Positions 49,300-60,449 of a DNA stretch of 64,000 nucleotides are shown piece after piece. Below the pieces are notes generated by a model. It was not told the DNA's origin, made no database searches, and worked only from the letters and a program-made list of their open reading frames with translations. Positions within the stretch are counted from its first letter, which is position 1. Every line of letters starts with the position of its first letter. Source of the DNA: Octopus vulgaris (lineage: Eukaryota); NCBI GenBank assembly GCA_951406725.2, contig OX597814.1:159278001-159342000 (forward strand), written 5' to 3'. The position numbers and the translations under genes are program-made.

Positions 49300-51830
49300 G
49301 CACTATATCGAAAGGGTTACCAGCCAAAGCGCTTTCTTTCGCTAGGGGCCTCACTGACGTTAGCGACAGGGATATAAAAATCATTATGCATGCCAGGAAG
49401 GCAGTACTGTTTAACAAAGGTTCGGCGTGGGTCAGGCGATCCGATCCCACGGGTCTCTTTGACGTAGCGATGGGAGCCTACGACAGTGCTGACGTGTACG
49501 ACCTTATAAGATTGTGCATCCTGGATACCCTTAGGAAAAAATTCCCCTCTATCCTCTTTGGCCTCCGCAGGAATGACGCCCTGGCCATCTCTAGGGGAGC
49601 AAGTGGCCACATACCAGATAGGCTTGGGAAGGACTTAATCAGTACGCTTGGCTCCATGGGATTGAAGATCACCATAGAGACCAACCTCACCACAGCGGAC
49701 TTCTTAGATGTCACACTGAACTTGGGCTCCGGTACCTACATACCCTACCGAAAACCAAACGAGAGGCTAACATACATCAACACAGCCTCATGCCACCCAC
49801 CCATCGTGTTCAAGAACCTGGTAAAGGGTGTTACTAAGAGGATTTCGAGCGTTTCCTCTAACCAAGAGGCCTTCGACGCGGCAGCCCCATACTATAACGA
49901 GACCCTAGCTGCCAGCGGGTTCAAGGACCGCATCTCGTGTATGCCGGAACCCAACACCCGCAGAAGGAAACGCCGCAGGAATACAATTTGGTTTGCCTCC
50001 CTTCTCCCTTAATACTATAACGCCCGTAAGAAGACTTCCTTAAATTAATAGACAAACACTTTACTAACTCCCATATGTTCACCCTCGTTTTCAACAGGCG
50101 CAATGTTGAGGACTCGTTTAGCTGTGCCCCTAGCATTAAGAGAATCTTAGCGTCCCTAAGCAACGAGAAGAGGCGGGTTGTTCATGCAGGATCTGCAACA
50201 GTCGTCCAGTAGAAGGCCACTGCGAAACTAAAGGCGTCGTCTATCAAGCCGAGATGCGGGCGAACCCGACCAATTCCACCAGCAGAAATCATAGAAGCCG
50301 TAGACACGAGGACAGAACCATCAACACCGTTAGCACCACCATCATCACCACCACCACCACAGCGAATAGTCTTACCGACGTCAACAACAGCAACACCAAC
50401 AGTGCCGACTACATCCCGATGCCACCACCATTATCACTAACATCGACCACAGTGACGTCGCCTCCAACACCAGCCTTACAAATAACAGACAGAACAGCAT
50501 ACCTATTTCTTTATTACCCACAAGGGGCTAAACATAGAGGGGACAAACAAGGACAGACATAGGTATTAAGTCGATTACATCGACTCCAGTGCGTAACTGC
50601 TACTCGGCGGAATTTGAACTCACAACGTAACGACAGACGAAATACGACTACCTACTGACAACTCTCATAGCAGCAGAAACAGACCAAACTATATCGGCTG
50701 CAGCAGCAGCGTCCCCTAGCAGAGGCACCAGCATAGACGTGAATAGTAGCCCTGTCAACGAGAACGGCACCCCCACCATCGCGGAAGACAGCAATAATAA
50801 CAAATATTGTAACACCTTCGGCTACAGTGGTAACATCGACAGCGCTCCCTCCACATCCAGCAATAACATTACCAATGCCACCCCCACCTTCACTAATACC
50901 AACGGCCTCAGCAACATCATCGTCGATGACAGCACCAGCAACAACAACAGCAGCAGCAACATCAACATCGACAGGTTTTAATAACACCAACACATGCACC
51001 ACCGGCAACACACGCGGAGGCAGTAACACTACCGACGCAATTACCACCTCTAGTGGCATCACCACCACTAGGATCAACACCATCGGCAGCACCAGCAGCA
51101 GCAACACTAGGAGCACCAACGGCAGGAACAACATCGACAACTACAACCGCAACAGCAGTAACAACAGCAACAACAACAGCACCGACAGTAGCAGCAACAA
51201 CAACAGCAATAGTAGACACGACACCGACTCCACGCACCCAAGGAAACACATTGGATGCGCAGGAACTTCATTTAAGGAACATCTTTCCACCCATAGATCC
51301 TCCTTCAGTGTCCCAGAAAGGAGATATGTAATATCTCTGGCCAGCCAAATCTGGCAACTGAAGGAAGACAGAATTCCATACTCGATATCATGGAAAATCC
51401 TCCACCGTCTGGGTCCGTACATAAATGGTACGAAACGCACTCGCACGCACCAGGGACCATACTGAACTCTAGAACGGAGATTTTCAAGCCGTGCTTGCAT
51501 TTCAGGAAACTCCTCTTAGCGTTTTAGGAACCGCATAATAGCGATAATAGCGGTATTAGTGATAATTACACCACAGCTGGAAATTGATTGGTGATGAGAG
51601 TAGGAAATAACTCCCTACCTTTTACCCTCATAGCTGACACATAGGCGAAGGAGGACGACACAGCCGGAAGTCGATGACCAGCAACAAAGGGAGATAATCC
51701 CCATTGTTTATATCTATCGTTTCCCCCTCCGTATTTTAAAGAGGCCTTAGGGTCTGAAGATACGCCAAAAAGTACCCTTTATGGCGATATGGCGAGAAAC
51801 CTAGGACTTCGCCAGTAATAAAAAAAAACT
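49300..51830 (+). mobile_element. Penelope-like retroelement, 5'-truncated: RT C-half plus GIY-YIG endonuclease
   Basis: FDVAMGAYDSADV, RNDAL (decayed RDDGL), GLKITIE, DFLDVTLNL, PYRKPN and SCHPP. Then CSCR...PVEGHC...GVVYQAE and KHIG...SFKEH...H...LASQIWQLKE...WKIL. SINE A fragment inserted at about 50499-50652. Confidence 0.92.
51748..51812 (+). ncRNA. Degenerate hammerhead-ribozyme motif in the Penelope 3' region
   Basis: CTGAAGA (51754-51760), stem CGCCA/TGGCG, GAAAC (51796-51800), palindromic CCTAGG. The NUH cleavage triplet is not intact. Confidence 0.45.
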
Positions 51831-51861
51831 ATAAACCAGCCTTCACCAGTAATTATACATA

Positions 51862-51925
<64 letters not shown>

Positions 51926-52289
51926 GGGCTTCTGTCAGTTTCCGTTTACTAAATCCACTCACAAGGTTTTGGTCGGCCGTGGCCATAGTAGATGACACTA
52001 GCCGAAGGTGCCACTTAGTGGGACTGAACTCGGAACTATGTGGTTGGAAAAGAAACTTCTTAACACACAGACTCGCTATTATTCTTTGTAGATCGAGCGA
52101 CCACATGGAATATCATCATTAAGGCGGCGAGCTGCCAGAATCATTAGTACACCGAACAAAATGTTTAGCGGCATTTTGTCCATTTTGAATTCAAATTTCG
52201 CCAGAGTCGACTTTGCCTTTCATCCTTTCGGATTCAATAAAATAAGTACCACTTGAAAACGGGTGTCGATGTAATCGATTTAGTGAAGC

Positions 52290-52930
52290 TTGGGTACTCA
52301 AATCGCTACGATGTTTGGGTACCACATGATCTGAGTGAAAAATAATCTTTTGTATCGCATTTCTGTCTGTGATTTGCGGTATAAACGCAACGAAAATCCA
52401 CCCTTTTTGAAACAAATTTTGATGGGTGATGAGAAATGGATCGTTCACAACAATGTTCAGCGAAAAAGATCCTGGGGTAAGCGACACGAGCCACCTTTAG
52501 CCACCCCCTGAATAGGTCTTCATCCTAAGAAAGTCATGCTCGGCTTCTAGTTAGATTGGAAAGAAATCCTGTACTATGAGCTCCTGAGAAATACTGCTTA
52601 CAACTGGACGATTTAAAAACAGCAATTCAAGAAAAACGTTCAGAATTGGCGAACAGGAAAGGTGTCGTTTTCCATCAAGATAATACCAGAACTCACGTTT
52701 CTTTGGCGACCCGTCAAAAATTGTTGCAGCTTTGCTGGGATGTGTTACAAGATCCGCCGTATTCACCAGACATTTCTCCTAATTTTCATTTATTTAGGCC
52801 CTTGCAAAATAATCTCAATGGTAAAATTTTTTAATTCTTTGGAGGATATAAGAAACCAACTTAATGAGTTCTTTGCCAAGAAACACCGAAATTCTGGAAA
52901 GATGGAATATTTCTTCGAATTCTAACATTG
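52290..52930 (+). mobile_element. Mariner transposase fragment
   Basis: WVPHDL, MGDEKW, VFHQDN and PPYSPDISP motifs with frameshifts. Confidence 0.9.
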
Positions 52931-53245
52931 GCATCATGACACAGAAAATTTCTATCGGTCTCCATTTACCAATGTAAGAAGAAAGTAAGGGACTGTAGTA
53001 GATTGAATTGAACCTAGTATTTGACTATTATTATTTTGTTGACAATAGTCGATTCCAGCAGGATATTATCTGATCTTAAAACGTAAGTGTACGAAACAAT
53101 TGTTAGTTATTTTGTTTGGCTATGTAGCATTTACTCCAGCACTGTGTAACTATATTTTATATAGGACTATAAAAGAAAGCATTTCTTTTTTTACAGTTCT
53201 ATATTTAAGAGCAGGGGAATTATGTACATTATTTACATTTTCCCA

Positions 53246-53292
53246 AGACACCTGATGAAGGCTGGAGGGTATATCAGCCGAAACGTTGTGGT
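53246..53292 (+). ncRNA. Minimal type I hammerhead-ribozyme motif in a short Penelope-derived insertion (53227-53338)
   Basis: GACAC-CTGATGA-A-GGCTG[GAGGGTATAT]CAGCC-GAAAC-GTT-GTGGT. Both core boxes, a 5-bp stem II, a short stem I and palindromic ACGT in place of stem III. Confidence 0.65.
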
Positions 53293-53399
53293 AACAACAA
53301 ACAAAATGAGGACAAATATCCATCAAATGTAAATAATGAATTTTTTTTTTTTTTGCTTTCTTTTTTATTGTAAGCGTCTGTGACCACAGCTTTCGCAAA

Positions 53400-54150
53400 G
53401 CCTTCAAGACTACAATGGCTACAGGAAAACATGCTAGAAAGGAATACCAGACGGTGATGTTCTAGAAAGGAAATGCTCTGTACAGGGCTTGGAGGAGGGG
53501 ATACAACATAAATGAAAATAGCCTGAGAGGTGAGTTGAGGATGATACGAATCTAACTAAGACTAAAGGACAAAGGCCAATGAAGTAGTGGTAGAAAAAGC
53601 AGACAGAAGACAGTGCGTCTCTGGGCCAGAGGTTTAAATTTGTTTGCGAGCGACTTCATGCTAATTAGACGAGTGGCAACAACATCATCCCAGATGTAGA
53701 CGCAATACTTCATTGTGGATCTTGCAGAGAGACGCCAGTCTTCAGAATGCTGTCTTTACTCTGTTGAAGGCCGTGTTTGCCAGCATGTTAAGCGTTAGCA
53801 TTTGAATTGATCGTGAGAGTTATGTACTGTTCATGTATAAAGGACGATAAATGTTTTCTTAATAGCGACAATTTTGTTTTTCGCTGTTGTTGGAAAGAAA
53901 ATTGGCATAAAGTCTAGTGGAGAATGTTTACAAGGTATGAGTTCATGGAGATAATGCAAATTTATTTAGTATGAGGTGTCTCGGTTGCATACAGATAATG
54001 CAAAGATGCAGAATGTTAAGAAGTGATGAAAAGTGACATCATCTCCGTACCAGCAAGCGTGATTTGAGACGTCAGCAAACAGAACATTACTGTTCTGAAA
54101 GAAAGAAGAATATAGAACCGACTGAACCCTGGAGCTCAGCATACTTGATT
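53400..54150 (-). mobile_element. Decayed CR1-type LINE fragment
   Basis: Minus-strand YGDDVTFH and RSTMKYCVYIWD, similar to the element at 60450-63900. Confidence 0.65.
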
Positions 54151-55960
54151 TAGACTGTCAGTCAGCGTTTCTTCAGCGCAGGCCATTACATTGCAATTTC
54201 ATCGAAAATCACAAATCGCAGTTTTGACTGAAGATTCGCATGCCAGGGAATTAGAAAGCTCACAGACGATTAACTATAGATTAGAATGAAAAAGAAATTT
54301 TTTAAAGTCTTATAACGGATACTATTTTAACAAAAAAAACATGTAAAATTAGATTTAGATATTTATTCTGTTATATGAAATATAAAAATTATTTCTACAA
54401 AAACAGATGATTTCTGAATTGTCTCCAAAATAGTTTTTTCTATTGCTTTTTTTCTAAATTCACATTAACTGTCTCATAGTTTTAGCAATACTAAAATAAC
54501 AAGATTGGCTTTCTTGCGTAGCTACGCACGATCCTACTAACCTCACCAAAGATATATGAAGTTACAAACTTTCTAAGATTTTCATCCAAGAAACAGGAAG
54601 TGGTACTGTAAAGAATTTTATGTCTCGCCTGTTGCCAAGTTACTAGTCTGTGTAGTAACCTTTTTGTTATTAATACCTAAGTATTTTTATTATTTTTAAA
54701 CTCTTGTAGTGTAGTAAATATGGATGAGACAGAGAACTGGAATTGGTGTATTTCAATGTCTATTTTTTGTTCCGCTGTTTTGGTGTCGACTTTGAATGTC
54801 ATTCTTCCAAGATCAATAAAGTAGTGACACAACAAAACGTATAGATTGTAGAGTAAAGGTGGTTTCCTGCTAACCATATCTGCAATTTATTTGCTAGTTC
54901 TAGCTGTCGCTATTTTGGTTTCCAAAAGGCACCAGCTGAGAATGTAATTAACTATAAAGCCTAACTATAAATATTGACAGAAAATATATATAACTATAAA
55001 TATTGACAGCTATTACTTTCAAAGTAAATATTTTCAATGTTATGTTTCCTGCTTGTTTTTAAATTTAATTAATTAATAACATTATCAGCATAGATTCTCT
55101 TCATGTTTTAATGAAAGAAGGAAGGGCAATTCATGGTATTTTTACAAGGCCTCTGAGATTAGTTGAATAAAAGAAGTTATCTTCGGATTGAAAGTAGCAA
55201 CGGGTCAGATGATGATATTAAACCGGAGAACGAATTAGGTCATCCACCCAACGTTTAAACTTTAAAAAAAAACGTCTTTTAATGAGACTTCCAGAACCAA
55301 GTAACATTCAATAGAGACAAAATACAAATATTCCCTGCTTTAAGGAAAATAACTGTGTCGCTGTTCATTTGTGAATATCTTCTGGTTCCACGAAACATAC
55401 ACGCTTTATATGTAAATACTATCTCTAATGAGATTTCCTGAAAATTCTATATATTCAACACATTTAAACGAAGGCAAATATGATACAACCATACGTATTA
55501 AATGTTCTTGACCTCTGGTAAGAAATGGAGGTGGCGTAGTAGCCGAGAGTAAGCAACGTATTTCATACTTAAATATCTTATAAAGGAGCAATTTTTCTTT
55601 TTTAAAGATTATTAATATAATAAATATATTGAACTTCATGGTACCAGAACAAGCAACAAGCATACAAACTCAATGCATTACAACTTATAACATGGATTTA
55701 TATCATAATATCACACTACAGCACACTACACAGACCAACAAAGAAACCTCTGCGTACTCTTTTGGCCTGCGAGAAATAGCAACTAATATTGCCTCCAGAG
55801 TGTTTACCGTTTTACAAAATCAAACTAGAAAACTGGACAAAACAGAGAATACTATTGAGAAGATTAAAAGGTGGCGGGGTGAGAAAAAGAGAAAAATGGA
55901 GTAAAAAATTAAACAATTCACCACCTTGGATTGAAAAGTTGTGGGCACTGGGAAAACTTT

Positions 55961-58502
55961 CTAATTGCTATTGAGACACGCCAGTACGCTTGCAGCGTTG
56001 CTGCGGGTGATAGCGAGGCTGATGCGCTGGAACAGCCAAGCACCCTCACGAGCCTCACTGCCTATCTCTGCAAGGCAAGTTGCCAGTGAAGACAGGAATT
56101 TTGCAGTTAGTAGTCCGACCCCACCATACGTCTCGAAAGCCACAGAATGGAAAATGTAGTTGGCCAACAAATAGCGGTATTTCAGGATTTTGTTCCACTC
56201 GGCCGCAGAAGATGTGGATCTCGCCCTGACCGCAGCATCCATGATGTAAGAAGTAAAGAAGTCGCTAACTGTGACATCCCAGACAAGGCATCTGTCTTGC
56301 GACCAAGGGTACAGGCTAAGGCCGTCAGGTCTCTTCCCGTCATATCTGGGCAATCATGATGGTTCCAAGATGGAGGGGATGTTTGCCCGGGCGAAGCTCT
56401 TCTTGAGTATCAGGTTCAACTCCGTATGCCGCGCGAAGTGATCAGCATTCAGGCGGCAAGAAAGGCCATGGAGGCCTGTGGAGTCGAGGAGCCTGCGACA
56501 ACGACAGCTCTAACCCGTACATAAGTCAGCTTCCACTCTGAGGGCAATGGAGACACGAAGTTCATCCAAGCTGAGTAGGCCACCAACATTAGCCACAGGG
56601 ATGGCATCAATCCAGTCACTTGAGTATTTGGCGTTAGCAGACAGTAAGCGGCACCTTGAAAACTGGTCCGACTGGATGAAAAGGGAGTCGAAGGTGGCCT
56701 TCAAAATTATGTTGTCCCATGCTCTCTGACTCTGACAGTCCTCCGCCTTCTTATGAGCAGACAAACCCAATTCCCTCCAGTGTTGGAGAGCTTAATCCAA
56801 CACTCTGTTGGAACTGGTCCATGTTGAAGAGAAGAGGATGTTGCTCATCAGGGTAAAACAGGTGTGGTTGGAGGAAAGGAAACAGGGGAGAGAGAGGGAT
56901 GAACACTTACGAAGATCAAGACCTCCAAATCGCTTTGACAATGCAGCCTGATCGTGGGGCGTTGGAGAGAGTTTGACAGTGACTAAGCATTCGAGTTTCT
57001 CAAAGATTAGGTTGTCGAAGCGCTGGAGGCACGATGGGAAGCGGTAAGATGAGCTGACTCTGAGTAAATAAAGAAGCTTAGGGATCGAGAAGTAATTCCT
57101 AAGTATGAAAAAACCTTGATGGGATTCGATAGTTTCAGTATTTTCCAGCAAATGCTCAAGGGCAGCCACCTTCGACTAGAAGATGGACTCAAAGGCAAGG
57201 TCAGTGATTGGGGCACCTACAGAGCACCAAGCCGATGGTGGGGGACTGTAATAGAAGGGAAGGACTCTGCAAAAAGGTCAATAGATGGTTGATGTTGAGA
57301 AGCCGGGTGGTTAAGAATTCAGAGCTTACATTTGGAGCTGTTTACTTGAAGACCCCGGTGATCTAGATCCCCAAACGTCATGTTAGCAATGGCAAGAACC
57401 CTGTTCGGAGATCCCCCCAGACAAGCATCGTCGAGATACCAGACGTTGAGCTCTAGCTCGACGCCCATCTTGGAGATGTCATCAATGCTCAGTGCGAACA
57501 GAACGGGCCCGAGTGTGTCACCCTGTTGAACTCCTGAAGCGGAAGTGATGATTTGGTTACCGAAAGAGAGTCAGGAGGGCTTCCGATAAACCTGCAAGGC
57601 GGTAGAGTTGTGGGACCTTCTCTCTTACTGAGCTGAGAACAGCGTCGCGGCTGATGGAGTTGAAGGCATTCCTAAGGTCAAGTTTGAGGATGACCTTGAG
57701 TGACAAGGAGGGCAAGTTGGCATAGGCTCTGGTAGCGTGGGCGGCAGCTTCACATCCTAATTTGGTGCCCACTCCTAGGTGGGTGGGGGAAAATCACTCC
57801 TCCAATAAGCTAGAGACCGATTGTAAGCACACCTTTGCAGTGAAACAGCGAAGAGTGCAGCCGACCGCAATGGAGCACAGGTTTCTATTGGGTTTGGTGA
57901 GCCCAAATGATTTTGCACCAAAGAATAGTGGGCGGATATAAGGGAGGACGTTCGCTGAAGAGAAGTGGTTCACAAACTGAGTCAAATTCTCCAAGAGCTC
58001 AAGTCCGGCGTTACCAGCCGATAAGAAGATACCATCCTTGAGGTGTTGAGGTCGAAGGCCATCAATTCCCGCACCTGAACCAGCAGAGAAGGATGAAATC
58101 GCCTTTCTGATGTTATCAGAGGTGAAGACCGGTTTCAAGTATTCTGGGGGATCGGGCAGTTTAGTTGATTATCGGGGGTGCCAGTGGGTGCTTCTCTTTC
58201 AAACGTCTAAGAGACTCAGAGTCACACGGAGCGAGGGAGTGTAGAGAAGAGAGGAGATGGACAGCCCCTTTTATCTCGAATTCGCTGAATTTAGCATTGA
58301 CTGCACGCTTATGGTTTATCGGTTGCCTGTCGGTAGGCACCCTGTTCGATGTCAAATTGAGGTTAGAAGTGGTCGGGGTGGACACAAATAGATGGAACTG
58401 TCGCTTGAGAGAGGGTGTAAGGGAGCCCGATTTCACATCGTGCACGTAGAGAGAGATGCGGGTGAACAGAAACAGTTTCTGCCAGTCGGACGCATTAACG
58501 GG
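55961..58502 (-). mobile_element. CRE-clade non-LTR retrotransposon (RT plus restriction-like endonuclease), 5'-truncated and frameshifted
   Basis: GSGAGIDGLRPQHL, IAVGCTLR, GCEAAAHA, KLDLRNAFNSISR, GVQQGDTLGPVLF, WYLDD, RFGGL, CRC...HGLSC...RH zinc knuckle, and KRPDG...VWDVTV. Confidence 0.9.
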
Positions 58503-60208
58503 CAACTCGATGTTTCTTTATTACTCATACCTTTTTTTTTTTTTTCATTGACCCTTAGTGTAAAAAAATATTATTGATTTAGATAGTGTCATGATCCACT
58601 AGGAAATATAGTTTCGGAAATGGAAATGCTGTTATTATATCTTTGTATTTTTTATCTTTTACACCATTCAGTCTGTAGACAGCACCTTGAAACGTTTAGT
58701 CGAACAAATCGACCGATGTATTTACTCTATCGGTCGTTTTTGCTGAATCGCTAAGTTACAGGTACGTAATTAAACCAAATATCGGTTCTTGAACGGTGGT
58801 GGGGGACAAGCGCAACAAAAACGCACATACAGATATATATTTTTTCAGTTTCCATCAATCAAATGCTCTTTGTTCCGCCATGGACCTTACTAAAAGACAT
58901 TTACCTAGGGTGATGCACGGTGGAACTGGACCCAAGATCACATGGTTCGGAAGTAAGCTTCTCAACCACACAGCCAATTGTGCAAAAACAATTTCTTTCT
59001 TACGAATTTTATGATGTATTATTTTGCAAATACAGCTATTGTAGCCAGGTGTGTAAAGAAAAATATTTTTTTAAAAACTGAAACCTTGATACATACATAC
59101 ATGCACACACATACATACATACATACATACATACATACATACATACATACATACATACATACATACATACATACATACATACATACGTGCATGCATGAAA
59201 TCAAAGTACATTCAATACGTACAATTGTGGAATATTTACCTAAAGCAGTATTAATTATATTTGATTTCTTATACACACTTTTCAGGTTATAATTTTGTTC
59301 ATAAAATGCCAAAGCCATATCATTCACCTGAATCCAATAATTATAACTATTTACCATTGTTTAGCAAAACGGCTAGGAATGTAAGGTTTAAAATAAGCAC
59401 GACAGAAAAAATTAACACAAAATTAATATTTGAATGTTGATTTAAAAAGAGCTTTTTTTTTTGTTTTTGTTTTTTCCTAGCAAAAATGTTTGGTACAGGC
59501 TGTTTAAAGTAGTGTAAGTGAGACGATGCGGGCAGATTTCTGTGGGATCTTCGATAGATAGTAGATTTTATGACTCCAGGGCTAGCGAGAGAAATATAGC
59601 AAGGCAGAATAAAACCATTTTTAGTACCTCGGAACATTTATCGAATTTTAATAGCTTTTACTTCTTCCACGGTAAAAATGTATAGAAACCAAACCTTGTG
59701 ATGAGAAACGTTCTAACATTCCAGACACAATCATCCCATTTGCAGATATTTCTGGCTCACAACATAATTGATATTCCAAACCTGAAATTCACACAGCCTT
59801 ATCGGAGTTGGGAGTGGCGAAAATATCTACTTAGAATATTTTCTTAAATATTTTCGTGAAAGATAGAATGAATTAGAGTTGAGTGTAACAAACACTAACA
59901 TCTAATTCAACAGTTCATTATTAACTTTCACTGACCAGTTTACCGTCCCCGTTTCAATACAATCTCAGTTAAAACACGTCTTTCACTTGCATTTCTCCTT
60001 CTTTATTACTTTCAGGAGTGTCTTATGCAGTCTCACTCAAGCGCGTACTCTTTCACTCGTTCACATACATACGCTGACATGTACACGCACACAATTAGAC
60101 ACTTTTATACGTACATTTGTATGTGCACGTGTATGTATGTATGTATGTATGTATGTATGTATGTATGTATGTATGTATGTATACGTTTGTGTGTGTGTGT
60201 GTGTATGC

Positions 60209-60289
<81 letters not shown>

Positions 60290-60449
60290 CACACATGGTA
60301 TATAGGCGCATGTTTTACTTGCTAGGCTGGGAGGACGAGGCAACGTCCATTACTTTGGAAAGTATTTATATGCTTGTGTATTTTTAAGATAATACCTGTG
60401 AGAAAAACATGAGTTATACCGGAATTCCAGAAAAACGATATTCTGGAAA

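Noticed and set aside
50652-51500. Minus-strand hydrophobic Val/Leu/Ala-rich ORFs
   Set aside because: Antisense readings of the trinucleotide-rich Penelope insert.
54677-55663. Minus-strand ORFs of 66 and 85 aa as upstream exons of the Ig gene
   Set aside because: No recognisable domain, and each frame ends in a stop without a clear phase-compatible donor.
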